A stretch of DNA of 64,000 nt from the human T2T-CHM13v2.0 reference genome, Homo sapiens: assembly GCF_009914755.1 (NCBI RefSeq), contig NC_060932.1; one strand, 5' to 3'. Position 1 is the first letter of the stretch; each line of letters starts with the position of its first letter. The translations under genes were made by a program, and so were the position numbers. Under the pieces are notes generated by a model. The model did not search any database, had not been told where the DNA came from, and saw nothing but the letters and a program-made list of their open reading frames with translations. Below are positions 30,026-44,316 of the stretch, in pieces.

Positions 30026-30283
30026 CGCAACTAGAATCTTTGTTCTGCAAAAGTGGAGACTAAGTCAATTTAATTCACTGCTTTATCTTCAGGGTGAGCA
30101 CTATACCTAACTCATTGTAAATGCTTAAATAAATATGGCTGAATAAGGAATGTATAGTTAAAGTTTCAGCAAACAGGCAGAGCCTACTTCTGAGGTTTGA
30201 CAAGAACCCAGGTTTAAGACTCAAAGCTGAGAAGCAAATAATTAGAACTAGATCACAGTAGATTGAAGGTAAAACACAAAAAT

Positions 30284-30435
30284 AAAGGAAGGAAGGAAAG
30301 AAGGAAGGAAAGAAGAAAGGAAAGAAGGAAGGAAGAAAGGAAGGAAGGAAGAAAGGAAGGAAGGAAGAAAGGAAGGAAAGAAGGAAGGAAGGAAAGAAGG
30401 GAGGAAAAAAGGAAGGAAAGGAGGGATAAGAAAGA
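30284..30435. repeat. Imperfect (GGAA)n/(GAAA)n polypurine microsatellite
   Basis: About 150 bp of almost purine-only sequence, directly visible. Confidence 0.97.
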
Positions 30436-30479
30436 GCAGGATCAGTAACAAAGGAGACGATGCTGATTCAGGTACTTAT

Positions 30480-32786
30480 TGATAAGGCTTGGCTGTGTCC
30501 CCACCCAAATCTCATCTTAAATTGTAGCTCCCATAATCCCCACATGTTTGGGAGGTACCTGGTGGGAGGTAATTGAATCATGGGGGTGGGTTTTTCTCAC
30601 ACTGTTCTCTTGATAGTGAATAAGTCTCATAAGAGCTGACAGTTTTATAAAGGGCAGTTCCCCTGCACACACATTCTTGCCTGCCATCATGTAAGACATG
30701 TCTTTGCTCCTCCTTCATCTTCCACCATGATTGTGAGGCCTCCCCAGCCATGTGGAACTATGAGTTGATTAAACCTCTTTTCTTTATAAATTACCCAGTC
30801 TCAAGTATTTCTTCATAGCAGTATGAAAATGGACTAATACAGTAAATTGGTACCAGGAGTGAGGCACTGCTATTATGATACCCCAAAATATGGAAGTGAC
30901 TTTGGAACTGGGTAACAAACAGAGACTGGAACAGTTTGGAGGGCTCAGAAGAAGAGAGAAAAATCTGGGAAAGTTCGGAACTTCCTAGAAACTTGGAGGG
31001 CTCAGAAGTCAGAAAGATATGGGAAAGTTTGGAACTTCCTAGAGACTTGTTGAATGGCTTCAACCAAAATGCTGATAGTGATATAGACAATAAAATCCAG
31101 GCTGAGGTGGTCTCAGATGGAGATGAGGAACTTCCTGGAAACTGGGGCAAAGGTGACCCTTGTCATGCTTTAGCAAAGAGACTGTGGCATTTTGCTCTTG
31201 CCCTAAAGATCTGTAGAATTTTGGACTTGAGAGAGATGACTTAGGGTATCTGACAGAAGAGGTTTCTAAGCAGCAAAGCATTCAAGAGGAAGCAGAGCAT
31301 AAAAATTTTGAAATTTTGCAACCTAATGATGCAATTGAAAAGAAAAACCCATTTTCTGGGGAGAAATTCAAGCCTGCTGCAGAAATTTGCAAAAGTAACA
31401 AAGAGCCAAATGTTGATTACCAAGACAATGGGGAAAATGTCTCCAGGGCATGTCAGAGACCTTCATGGAAACTCTTCCTATCACAGGCCTAGAGGCCTAG
31501 GATTAAAAAAATGGTTTCCTGGGCCAGGTCTAGGGCCTCCCTGCTGTGTTCAGCCAAGGGACTTGGTGTCCTGAGTCCCAGCCGCTCCAGCTGTGGCTAA
31601 AATGGGCCAAGGTACAGCTCAGGCCATGGCTTCAGAGGGTACAAGCCCCAAGCCTTGGCAGCTTCCATGTGGTGTTGAGCCTGTGGGTATGCAGAAGTCA
31701 AGAACTGAGGTATGGGGACCTTCGTCTAGATCTCAGAGAATTTATGGAAACACCTGGATATCCAGGCAGAAATTTGCTGCAGGGGTGGGGTCCTCATGAA
31801 GAACCTCTGCTAGGGCAGTGCAGAAGGGAAATGTGGAGTTGGAGCCACCAGACAGAGTCCCCACTGGGGCACTGCCTAGTGGAGCTGTGAAAAGAGAGTC
31901 ACTGTCATCCAGACCCCAGAATGGTAGATCCACTGACAGCTTGCACCATGCACCTGGAAAATCCACAGACACTCAATGCCAGCCATGAAAACAGCTGTTA
32001 GGGGGGCTATACTCTGCAAAGCCACAGAGGCAGAGCTGCCCAAGGCTGTAGGAGCCCACCTCTTGCATCAGCATGACATGGATGTGAGACATGGAGTCAA
32101 GGAGATCATTTTGGACCTTTAGGATTTGTTGACTGTCTTATTGGATTTTGGACTTGCAAGGAACATGTAGCCCCTTTGTTTTAGCCATTTCGAATGGGTA
32201 TATTTATCTAATGCCTATACCCCCATTGTATCTAGGAAGTAACTAACTTGCTTTTGATTTTACGGGCTCATAGGTGGAAGGGTCTTGCCTTGTCTCAGAT
32301 GAGACTTTGGACTTAGACTTTTGAGTTAATGCTGAAATGAGTTAAGACTTTGGGGGACTACTGAGAAAGCATTATTGGTTTTGAAATATGAGGACATGAG
32401 ATTTGGGAAGGTCTGGTGGCAGTATGATATGGTTTGGCTGTGTCCCCACCCAAATCTCATCTTGAATTGCAGCTCCCATAATCTCCACATGTTGTGGGAC
32501 AGACCTGGTGAGAGGTAATTGAATCATAGGGGAGGGTGTTTCCCATGCTGTTCTCATGATAGTGAATAAGTCTCATGAGAGCTGATGGTTTTATAAAGGG
32601 CAGTTCCCCTGTGCACACACTATTGCCTGCCACCATGTAAGACGCCTTTGCTCCTCCTTCACCTTCCACCATGATTGTGAGGCCTCCCCAGCCATGTGAA
32701 ACTGTGAGTCCACTAAACCTCTTTTTCTTTATAAATTACCCGGCCTCAGGTATTTCTTCATAGCTGTATGAAAATAGACTAATACA
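30480..32786 (+). mobile_element. Full-length THE1C MaLR element: LTR 30480-30841, internal 30842-32424, LTR 32425-32786
   Basis: Two direct LTRs end in tttcttcatagc(a/t)gtatgaaaat(g/a)gactaataca. The internal region starts gtaaattggtacca. TSD cttat/ctcat at 30475-30479 and 32787-32791. Confidence 0.95.
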
Positions 32787-32809
32787 CTCATGTTGTTTTA
32801 TGAATCTAT

Positions 32810-33795
32810 ACAGTAAACATTTATAAGGACCTATCATGATGCTACAAATTGTGGTACCATAGGCATAATAGTGGACAGGATACAGTCCCTGCCTTCAAAG
32901 AACTTACAGTCTAATGGGAGAGATTCAATTCAAAATGTTACATTCTCAAATAAATAGAGAGTTAGTGAAAACAAATGGGAAGAATAATTATCCTCATATA
33001 AGAAAGTAGCAGGGAAATTATCCCAGATCATATGACTCTAAGCTTAGTCTTAAAGATTAAGTAGAAGTTAACCCAACAACTACGGTCTGGGTTGTGGTGG
33101 AAGAGGGAGGAAAGATGGGCAAGCTTCCAGGAAGAGAGAAAAATTTCATGTTAAATCCCAGCAGTGAAAGAAAACATGGCACAAGCAGGGAACTAAAAGG
33201 CTGGAGTACAGTTAGATGAGGAAAAGTGCTGAAAAGTTAGGCTGCATGCTTGGCCAAGTTCCAACGACAGTGGAGAGCCATTAAAGAATTTCAAATAAGG
33301 AAAGAGAAAGTCAAATTTATGTTTCAGAAAGCTCATTTTGATTTCAATATGGATAATTCACAGGAGTGGGAACAACCTAAAGATGGAGATACTAGTTGTT
33401 AGGAAGAAGCAGTTGCTGGAATCTAAGAAATGGAGGAGGCTGGAAAAGTAGAGGCAAAGAGCACAAAGAGAATTGAGCAATATTGAGAAAGTAAATGGAT
33501 AGGAGGAGTTAGGGTTGGTTGAATGTGTTGGGGCAGGGTGACAAGGGAGGGCAGTCAGCAGTGAGACAGGAGATAAGGATAAGTCCCAGTTACCTATCTC
33601 TGAAAACTGGATGAATAATCGCACCATTTGCCTAGGAAGCAAACAAAGCAAGAGTACAGAAGCAGGTTGGGGGACAATTAAATGGAGGTGAGCCAAACTG
33701 GAATATTTTAGTTCTGAATGTCCTCTGGGACTTCCAAGTGGAAAGGCCTGAAGATAGTTGGATATTCATGACTCTAGAGATCAAGAGAAAAATTT
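32810..33795 (-). mobile_element. L2 LINE fragments
   Basis: cagtccctgccttcaaagaacttacagtctaatgggag...ggagagccattaaagaattt...gacttccaagtgga...agttggatat. Confidence 0.7.
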
Positions 33796-34887
33796 GAACT
33801 GGGTTCCTGATTTTCCCTAGCTGAAGAAAAAGATTGGTGACAGAATATAAGGACAAATAAATGACTGGTAATGGAAAACTGAGAGATGAATGCTACCTGC
33901 TGCAAAATTCAGGGACTAGAGAAAAGAAATCTAGCAAATATTTTCCTAAATATTCTCCTAGCTTTTCTAATTTGTTATTCCACAATATAGTATATAGAAC
34001 ATCCGTTTAGACTTCCAGTCAAATTGCGTTCATCTATGTTCCCAATGGAAATAATATTAAATGTCAATACTATACAAAAAGGTATAAATCCTAAAAACAA
34101 AGGAAAAATGAAAGGGGACAAGAGTTAGTGAAAAGTATCACCAAATGTTAAGATGTGGAAAGCAAATCGTGGAGTGGCAACTGAATTTGTAGGTAAATGG
34201 AAATTGAAACTTAGGCGCTTACAGTGGGAGACGATGCTGAAAAGTGGGCTTTTCCCATTGGATCACTGGAAAAATGTGGAACTTGAGACAACACCAGGCA
34301 CATTGGTTGGCCATAGTGAGCTTTGGAGCTGGGAAATTGTTGAAAAATATACATAACCAGACCTCTTGCTTCCTGTCCCTCTCCTTGACCTGCACAGCCA
34401 GGTTAATACCCATTTCCAACTTCCCCAGAAAACCAGATGTCTAGTCTCTGAGAAATTAGTCCACAGAAATTCTGGACTAGAGACACCAAGAACAACAGTG
34501 TATAATCGTGATGAAAGAAAAAGAAGGATTAAATGCAAATACATCATTTCTGGATAGCATTTTATTATCAACTTTCCAGCATAATTTTAGTTTTTTAAGT
34601 AATGTAGAGGCGATTCCATAAAAATGTAAATTTGTCTAATAAAAGACTATCAAATCATCCTCATGTAATTCTCTCATTCTTTTTATTTTTTTAAGAAGGA
34701 AGAAATATGCGAAAACATCCATGTTCTGTGATGCTATTATAACTTAGGGCAATGCTCTTCACTTGGATAGTAATAAAAGTGAAGGAAAACAAGGCAGTAA
34801 GATTGGAATCTCTACAACCATGCTTCCTGACAACTCTTTCAGAACCATCAGTGGTAACACAAAGGCCAGCAAGGACTGAAATCCTGT

Positions 34888-35678
34888 TAATATGGGAGGG
34901 GGGCACGGAAGTGCTGGGTAGAGAAAGGCAGGGTCCCTGGCAAGGGCTCTACCCTTGGGCCTGTGCCCATGGACCTAAATGAGGACAGGTGTTTCTGTTT
35001 TCATGCCCAAAAGATTGCCTTTTGGCCTGCTACATCCCCCACCCTGTGCCCATAAAAACCCAGGAACCTAGCCAGCACAGACACAAGCAGCTGTTGAGAG
35101 GAACAGAACACATCTACAGACACCAGCAGACACTGGCAGGCCAGCAACAGTGGAACAACGTGGACACCAAGGGGAATTCAGCCAGGAGCAGTCAGATGTG
35201 AGTCTGGCCACTGAGCAGCCCAACTCCAGGGGAAGACCACCTTCCCACTCCATCTCCCTTCTGGCTCCCCGTCTCTCTCACTGACAGCTGCCTCCACCAC
35301 TCAGTAAAACCTTGCACTCATCCTCCAAGCCCATGTGTGATCCAATTTTTCCAGTATACTAGGGCAAGAACCCAGGATAAAAAAAAGCCCTCTGTCATTG
35401 CTAAGGCAAAGGGTCTAATTGAGCTGATTAACACAAGCTGCCTGCAGACAGCAAGGCTGAAAGGACATACTGCAACACACATCCACTTGGGCTCCAGGAG
35501 TTGTAAACACTCACTCCTAGACGCTGCCATAGGGTCAGAGCCCAAAAACGCTCTCCACAACTTCTGCAGCTGCCCATCTGCATGCTCCCCTAGGGGTATG
35601 AGCAGCAGGGCACCAAAGAAGCCAGCTACACCCCTGTCACATGCCCTGTGAGGGGAAAAAGGGACCTCTCCCGTTTCA
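34888..35678 (+). mobile_element. ERV1 solo LTR of the LTR27/LTR1/MER52 group
   Basis: Starts taatatgggaggggggcacggaagtgctgggtagag, has a TATA-like cccataaaaacc, and ends cccgtttca. 4-bp TSD ctgt/ctat. Confidence 0.8.
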
Positions 35679-36492
35679 CTATGCTGCCCAGAAAATTTGG
35701 ATCTTCTTGAATTCCTTACCTGTCTAGTGGAGGTTTCTACCGATGAAAGGACCTCGGAAGTTCCTCAAATCCAAAGGTGCTGGCTGGGAAGATGAGTGCA
35801 GAACGGGAGCCCAGTCTTGCTCCTCCATAGGGCTGCAATTGCCCCCAACAGCTGTCAGGATTCCAGGTGCCTGACCTCCTCTGAACTCCCTTGCAGCAAC
35901 TAGAGAGTATTGCTACATGGCCATGTGATTCTCAAGCCTGCCATACCCCCTGTTTTCCTAATACTACCTGAGGGACTCAAATTACAAACAATACTTCTTT
36001 GCCTTTACCCTGCTAGCCAGAACCTAGGTGACCTACAAAGGTTAGTAAACCTGTCCAAATCCAATTGCTGCACCTTTTTGCTTCTCCTTGCCTGACTCAA
36101 ACCAGCAACCCCGGGACCAAGAAACTCCTCTCTGACATCATGGGATAAAGTTGAAGCTCTGCTGTTAGCTCTGTGGCCTTGATCAATTTACCCATCATTC
36201 TTTCTTGTACTTTCTTGAACTTTTCTGCTCTGCCTCACAGACTTGAGAGAGAAGCCCCAGTTTTCATAATAGAAAATTCCTCCTACCCGTGGATGAAGTT
36301 TTCATTTCTTTCTGCATAAATATACATTTTCTTGGTCACCTCTGAAATTATTTCTTCATCAGTCCTCTTAGATTTTTATTTTGTTCAACTGTTTTCCTTT
36401 ACTTCAGCTGATCTTACAGATCTTACAGGCGACTCATTTCAGTTTCTTGCTTATTCCTAATCATATGCTTCTGAAATTATATGTTCATGAAA

Positions 36493-36493
36493 A

Positions 36494-36532
<39 letters not shown>
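36493..36532. repeat. (CA)n microsatellite
   Basis: Directly visible. Confidence 0.95.
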
Positions 36533-36534
<2 letters not shown>

Positions 36535-37839
36535 CACACAAGTGCTCATTCCTGGATGGCTGTTTTATTGTTACCATAGAGATATATCAGTTTCCCATAC
36601 AGTGAAAAAGCTGGATCATGACTCATGAATATTTATTTCATCTTATATTTGATTATTCCATTTTTAACATCTATGGTAAAAATGGATATTTTGTTTTCAA
36701 TGTCTTTTTAGTTCAACTTTTTTCTTTTTAAGATAACAGTTCATGCCCACTCAAAACAAAAAAAAAAATGCACTGAAACTATTAATGTAATTTGGACAAT
36801 TATCCTAATACGTTAGTTTCTAAATAGGTATATAAAGAGTTAATATGTGTAAAATTTTGGTGAACCATTGAGTATTGTTCTACATTGTATATTTGTTAAC
36901 CAGTATGTTCACCTGAAGAATTACACGTCATTATTAAGGACTCCTCTAGTTAATCACAAGATGTGTGTGCCTGTTATCTGCCTAACACAATTTCTGTGGT
37001 TCACGTGGACAAAGAAATTTGGAAACTACCACTAAATGAGAATACTTCAGTAACATTCACCAAGTCTTGGGGGGGTGATTCAACTGTTCTTATATTTCTT
37101 TACATTTCTGGATGACTTTGCAGTTTTCAAAGCACTGTTATTTATGTGACAGGGTATGAGCATTCAACCTTCTTTATTATGAAAACAACACTTTTGCTCA
37201 TATATCTATTCTGTGCTGCATTAGAAAGTTAGAATGTATACATATATATTTTCCCCACACTTCCTAAGAATGTTTGAAGCTTAAGCTTTTCTTAACTTCA
37301 AAGAAATAAAACCAGTTTTTAGCCTGATACTAGTTCTAACTCTGAGTTTAATGGCAAAACAAGGCCTTTTATAAAAGCAAATGAAAATAGACGGTTTTAG
37401 AGGTGGAGAAAATTCATGTGAAAAAATAGAGTTTGGTGAGGGAATTACTGAGGAGGAGCAAGTTTATTTGATGATCAGCTGGGGCTCTGGGAGTCTGGGG
37501 AGAAGGAAAGGCTCTGGCCTGAGAAAAAGCCTAAGTATTTTTCAGGTGTATGAAGTGATTTGTCTATTGACTGCCCACCAGGAGTGATGACTTTACACGG
37601 CAACTAGAACATTTCCAAGCCTAGTACCCCAGAACACTTACAAACCTAAAGAGGGATCCCCGGGACCGGCAGGGGAAAGGCAGTGAGGATCCCCTTACCA
37701 GTACTCGGTGGCTAAACTGAATAAGAATAAGCCCCAGACCCTTGTTCTGGGACAGGAATCCTGGATTTTGGACACTATGTTGACCATAAATTATCTCACT
37801 GAGCCCCCAAGAGCCCAGCTATGGGGGTTGCGCATGTCT

Positions 37840-38220
37840 TTGTTATCCCCATTTCCACAGATGAAGATGAAATCTTCACATGTGGTTAGGAGCATGGACT
37901 TGGGGGCCAAGAAGATTTGAACCTGATTCCATGTTATTCCTTAGAAGTTATTTGTTGAGCAAGTCATATTTGGTTTCTCTAAGCCACCCTTTCCCCATCT
38001 GTAAAAAAATAGGCAAAATATCATAGCACGTGCATTTATAGGAGTATTGCCATGAGCTCATGAAAGTCAGCTCATGCAAGTAACAAATGTAATAATCCAG
38101 AGGCTAGATCATAATAAGAATTCAATAAGTACAAGCTCTTGCTAGCATTAGGTAAAGCACAAAAAGATGAAGTGACTTGTTCAAGATAGTGTGGCTGGTT
38201 AGTAATAGCATCAGGGATCT
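37840..38220. mobile_element. MIR fragments in both orientations
   Basis: tatccccatttccacagatgaagatgaa; tttccccatctgtaaaa; gaagtgacttgttcaagatagtgtggctggttagt. Confidence 0.7.
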
Positions 38221-39101
38221 CTCCACCAGCTCACATTACTTCTGAGACATCAACATGGTATCCCTCCTGGGAGGTGGCAGCATCACTGGAGAGCCTCCTT
38301 CAGGCTTTACCAACCTAATTGATTATACCTAGAAGGGATACTTGGTTCGTTTATGCTTTTTGTCACTCAGGCTCAATCAAACAAGCAGACTGTGTGCTTA
38401 GTCATTTCTCCTGCCTCCAATCTGTTCTTCACCCTACAGAAAGAGAAATAGAACTCCTTAACTGGAAGTTAAGGCCTGTTACCACTGGCCCATGAACTTG
38501 CTCATCAGAAATGTTGTTAACCATGACATCTTCTGGGACCCCTTGAAGCAGATGGACTCCACTTTCTCTGTGCCTTGAGGACTGGAGATTCAGTTCTGCC
38601 TCCATGCATTGCCTACATCATCTTCTCAGGGATGGGGCAACCAGTGTCTCTGTTTGCCTGTGACAGTCTCATTTTATGCCTCATGTCCAAGTATAATTAC
38701 TAATAGCACCACTTTCACTCTTAAGAGTGGCCTGAAGCCTGAATTGAATCATACATTATATAATCACTTTATTATGGCCTCTCCAATCTGAAAGCTCCTC
38801 TTGACTGCTCTCCATTCAACCAATTCCTGCTAGTTCTTCTGAGTCAATTCAATTCTACCTCTGCGTCAACTTTTCCCAACTATTCTTTATATGATGATTT
38901 TCCTCTATCTGGATCATTTACTGGGTTGCACCGGATTCTGTCGTGCATGTTATACATAGTTTTCTTCCATTTATATTGAATCCTTAAATGTCATTTATAA
39001 TAATGACATTTATATAATAATAGCTTGGGATACTACAGTTCTCTAAGAACCAGTTTTCTGCAATGTAGAATGTATATAATAATATATTTCTATAGAAATA
39101 A

Positions 39102-39408
39102 GGCCGGGTGTGGTAGCTCACACCTGTAATCTCAGCACTTTAGGAAGCCAAGGCGGGCAGATCACTTGAGGTCAGGACTTTGAGATCAGCCTGGCCAACA
39201 TGGTGAAACCCTGTCTCTACTAAAAATACAAAAATTAGCCAGGCACGGTGACACGCATCTGCAATCCCAGCTACTCAGGAGGCTGAGGCAGGAGAATCGC
39301 TTGAACCCAGGAGGCGGAGGTTGCAGTGAGCCAATATTGCACCACTGCATTTCAGCCTGGGTGACAGAGCAAGAATCCATCTCAAAAATAATAATTACAA
39401 TAAATTTA
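39102..39408 (+). mobile_element. AluSx/Sz with a decayed tail
   Basis: Full dimer with gatcacttgaggtcagg and gagaatcgcttgaaccc. TSD tatagaaataa at 39091-39101 and 39409-39419. Confidence 0.95.
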
Positions 39409-41291
39409 TATAGAAATAAATAAATTGTCAGCTAAATATTGCTTCACCTATGAAGAAGAAAAATCTTAAGTTATCCCTCCCTTTTCTGTTTCTCTTAGTA
39501 CTCAACAATTTCATGATTAGTTAAAAACGGGTATTTATCCCATCCCCCATTTAAACATTGCCAAGTATTTTTCAATTTCAATGCCTCCTTTTTGCTTTTT
39601 TCATCATCCAATTGCTCATTAAGTCCTGTGAATTTTGTCTCCAGAAATGTTTCACCTCTGCTTTTTTCTTCCTTCCTATTGTCAGGGCCTTCCTTTGAAT
39701 CTTCATCTTCTGCTTTTTAGATGACTGAATTAACATCCTTACTAGTTTCTCTGTATGTAGCTATTTTACTGTCGTAGAACTTTTGCACTACTATTAATGT
39801 GGTTTTCTAAAGTTTAAATGTAATCTGGCTCCTTCCCTATGGGAAAATCTTTACATGCCATCCCATAAACCACAGGAAAAATTCCAAATTCTGAGGTATA
39901 GAATGATATAAGCTCATGTCATTCAGGACCATTTTAGTTATAAGTGAAAGAAAACCACAATCAAATTTACTTTTGGAAGGTATGTATTGGCTTAGATAAT
40001 TGAAAACATAGGGGCATAATTTCTTCAGTGACAGCTTGATCAAGAGGTCCTAAGGATATTGCCAGGAGTTGGTCTTTCTTTGCCCCTAGTTTTGCACTAC
40101 TCTACATCGTTCTTGGACTGCACGTGGTTGCCAACTAATTCAAATTTGTAAAAATCAAATAGAATATATGTGTTTCTCAATAGTTTGAATAAAAGTCCTA
40201 TGCCTTTTGGGTTTACCTGTTTGCGATTGAACCAGTCACTGTTAGAAAATACAATTTTGTTTTAATTTGCCAGGCTTGAAATATATACCCAGCTCTAGAG
40301 ACTGGGAATGGAGCCAATACCTTCAGAAGCAGGTGGACTGAGAGTAAGGAAGAGTTTTAGTTACCTAGAATAAAACTGAGGTACTTATATCAAAAGATAA
40401 AGCCAGTGGGAAATTCTGGATTGCTGGCAGCAGTGGAAGCATTGTCATTTTTGGATCTGCCAAGATCCGCAGGGAGCTAGATAGCAAAACCAAAAACTAC
40501 TGGACAATAATTACAAAAAAAAATCTAAAGGATGAGGTATCCATTGTCAAAATGAAAGTAAGTGGAGACAAACCTTCAATAGCCAGAAGTCCTGCATGAT
40601 ATTGGTCTTGCAGGAGAAAGCAGGAAACAAAAGGATGCCTGATGAATCCAAGAACAAGAGAACTCCCAAATAGTCAAAAGTCTGGAAAGCAACACAGGAC
40701 TAATTGAGAACAACAGAAAATGAATAAAATAAATGAATTCAAGAAAAGTTTAAAGGAAATGAAATATTCTAGCACATGTGAACTTTCAAAATGGATTTTC
40801 TAGGGTTTTCTCCCAGAGAAAATCTCCATACTCCAGAGAAACTGCTAGGAGTAGGATCAGAATTAAGTAGGATAGGAGAGTCCAAGTTTTATAAACTTAA
40901 TGTCGAATATGTCATCCCAACATTTCTCCTGTATTCTATTTGTTGGAAGCAAGTTACTAATCCAGCCTCAAGGAGAGGGGATTGTACAAGAGTGTGCATG
41001 CCAGAAGGTGGGTACCATTGAGAGCCATTTCATAAGCTGCCTACTGCAGAGTTCATTCTAAGAGGTAACAGGAAAGATTCAAAGAGGAGCCAACATCTAT
41101 GGGTCTTGAAACATGTGTAGGTGTTCGTCAGGAAGACCAACATGTAAAGGACATTCTAGACAAAGAATGCAGAACACCCTTGGAAACACCTCTTCCCTTC
41201 TGGGAAAAGCAGGACTAGAAAGTGAAGGCCATGATTAGAACGCTCCTGAAAGACAAATCTGGAGATGTAGAGAAAAGTCCAATTATAGGCC

Positions 41292-41642
41292 TGTGCCTTA
41301 GTCAGTTTTGGCTCCTATATAAAAAATTCCATGGACTGTGGGGCTTATACAATAGAAATTTATTTTTCACAGTTCTAAAAACTGGGATTTACAAGATCAA
41401 GGCACTGTCAGATCCAGTGTCTGGTGAAGCCACTCTTCCTGGTTTGCATGTGGTTCTCTTTTTATATCCTCACGTGGTGGAGAGAGAGAGGGGAAGCAAA
41501 CCCTCTCATGTCTCTTCTTATAAGGGCACTAATTTCATCACAAGAGTTCCACCTGATGACATAGTTGCCTCCCAAAAGCACCATCTCCAAATACCATCAC
41601 ATTAGGAATTAAGGAGGATATAAACATTCAGTTCGTAACAAC
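41292..41642 (-). mobile_element. MLT1A-type MaLR LTR
   Basis: cttagtcagttttggct...agaaatttatttttcacagttct...tctcttcttataagggcactaat...catctccaaataccatcacatt...aaacattcagttcgtaaca. Confidence 0.8.
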
Positions 41643-42053
41643 ATAATATGATACCGTCTGATCCTTATGCTTGGATGCACTGAATTGACAGCATTTTTTA
41701 CAAAACTGATTAGTATAGTTGAGTTTATTTTCAGATGGTCAATGTAAGACATTTTTCTAGCTTTTGTGGCTTCCTATTTTTATTTGGAGGAATATGGTCA
41801 CACCAGAAGCACTGCAGCTTTTGACCACCATTCTCTCAAGTTTGACATATTCCATCTTAAACTAGCCTGTTGTAAACAAAGATCTATGTTCCCAATTATA
41901 ATGATGGGGTCAAATATGTTCAATTTTCCTCAACAACAAAGTGTTTCAGACACAAATCATGGAATGGATAACTAGTATCCATTGCATCATTCCTATATTC
42001 CTTTCTCCTATCATTTGTTGAAAGTTAAATTATAGTTGTAAAATATAATTTAG

Positions 42054-42269
42054 TGAGAACACTTGGACACAGGAAGGGGAACATCACACACCGGGGCCTG
42101 TTGTGGGGTGGGGGGAGGGGGGAGAGATAGCACTAGGAGATATACCTAATGTAAATGACGAGTTAATGGGTGCGGCCTACCAACATGGCACATGTATACA
42201 TATGTAAAAAACCTGCACGTTATGCACATGTACCCTAAAACTTAAAGTATAATAAATAAATATATATAT
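42054..42269 (+). mobile_element. Very short 5'-truncated L1PA4/5 insertion (3' UTR only)
   Basis: gagaacacttggacacaggaagggg...tgtaccctaaaacttaaagtataata. TSD atataatttag at 42043-42053 and 42270-42280. Confidence 0.93.
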
Positions 42270-42453
42270 ATATAATTTAGAATAAATAAGGATCTTTCCA
42301 CCTTGACTTTCAAAGTAAGAGAAAAGAAATAGAAGGAAAAAGGACCACAGATTACCTGAGAACCACAGATTAAGAATCCATTATGTACTTGAACATGTGT
42401 AGCACAGTAGAAAAGGGAAGAAAATCTCAAAAGCATGTTAAAGAAGAATTTTG

Positions 42454-42989
<536 letters not shown>

Positions 42990-43816
42990 TTATGCTTAAC
43001 ACAGAGAAGTTTCTCCATGAATGTTAAGGACCTGACATGAATTCAAATAAAGACTTTAAAAGTATAGTTTACAAGAAGGCAATCCCAGAAGAATTGCTCT
43101 TGTAATAAATATGATATCACATAATGGAAGATCAGTTTTCAAACTTCTGTCACTCAAACCACCCAAGAGTACAGGTTTTAAAATATTCAGTGATTATATG
43201 TTTTAACTTTATGAAATTTATTTTCAGTAAATTCATTAATTATTCACTAACTTAAATGCATTTATAAACTTAAATGTCCCTTATGTGGCAGTGACTGTGC
43301 ATCTATTCTTATATTAATTTCTGATTACCAATTATAGTACCTACTAAGTTACCACCTATTATTTTCTGAACACTATAATAAGTGATTGAAATGACTTCTG
43401 ACACAGATTACCCAGAGTTAGGCCAAACTTCACAGGTTAAGAGAACAGTCCTACATGAGACTATCCCCACTTCAGACACCAGCACAAGTTCAAAGGTCCA
43501 TATGCCACCCTCACTTCTGACCAGATGGCTATTAATTCAGGGGTTCTCACTACCCTTTCAGTTTCAACAATTTGCTGGCATAATTTATAGAATTTAGGAA
43601 AGTACTATTCTTACAATTACAGTTTTATTGTAGCAAAACTGAACCAGCCAAATCAGAACCAGCCAACACGAGAGACGGGCAAAGTTTGGGGTATCCTAAA
43701 TGCAAAGTGTCCATTGTCTTTCCTTTTGGTGTCAGGACACATCCCAACACATCAATGTGTGGCAATCCACCAAAAGCACCGTACAATACAATACAGAGCA
43801 CAGAAATCTCACCTGA

Positions 43817-44171
43817 TGATATGGTTTGTCTGTGACCCCACCCAAATCTCATCTTGAATTGTAGCTCCCATAATTCCCACTTGTTGTAGGAAGGAGCTGG
43901 TGGGAGGTAATTGAATCAAGGGGCAGGTCTTTCCCATGCTGTTCTCATGGTAATGAGTAAGTCTCATGAGATCTGATGGTTTTATAAATGGGAGTTCCCC
44001 TACACAAGCTCTCTCTTGCCCACCGCCAGGTAAGACATCCCTTTGCTCTTTCTTTGTCTTCTGCCATGATTGTGAGGCCTCCCCGGTCATGAGTCCATTA
44101 AACCTCCTTCCTTTATAAATTACCCAGTCTCAGGTATGTCTTTATTAGCAGCGTGAGAACAGACTAATACA
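43817..44171 (+). mobile_element. THE1B solo LTR
   Basis: tgatatggtttg...tttattagcagcgtgagaacagactaataca. Perfect TSD cctga at 43812-43816 and 44172-44176. Confidence 0.95.
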
Positions 44172-44316
44172 CCTGAGCTTCAGATTCTAGAGATTGTATT
44201 GGGGCTTTATTATGTAGGTAGGATTGGCTGAATCATTGACCATGAGGTTGAATTCAGTCTCCAGTCTGAATTCTCCCTGGAGATTAGGCTAACATTATGT
44301 GACTCAAAATCCCAAT

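Noticed and set aside
30248-30451. Lys/Glu/Arg-rich and Phe/Leu/Pro/Ser-rich ORFs
   Set aside because: These are translations of the (GGAA)n tract.
38985-39012. 11-bp inverted repeat taaatgtcatt/aatgacattta around tataat
   Set aside because: It resembles a bacterial operator with a -10 box, but this is primate DNA and such AT-rich stems occur by chance.
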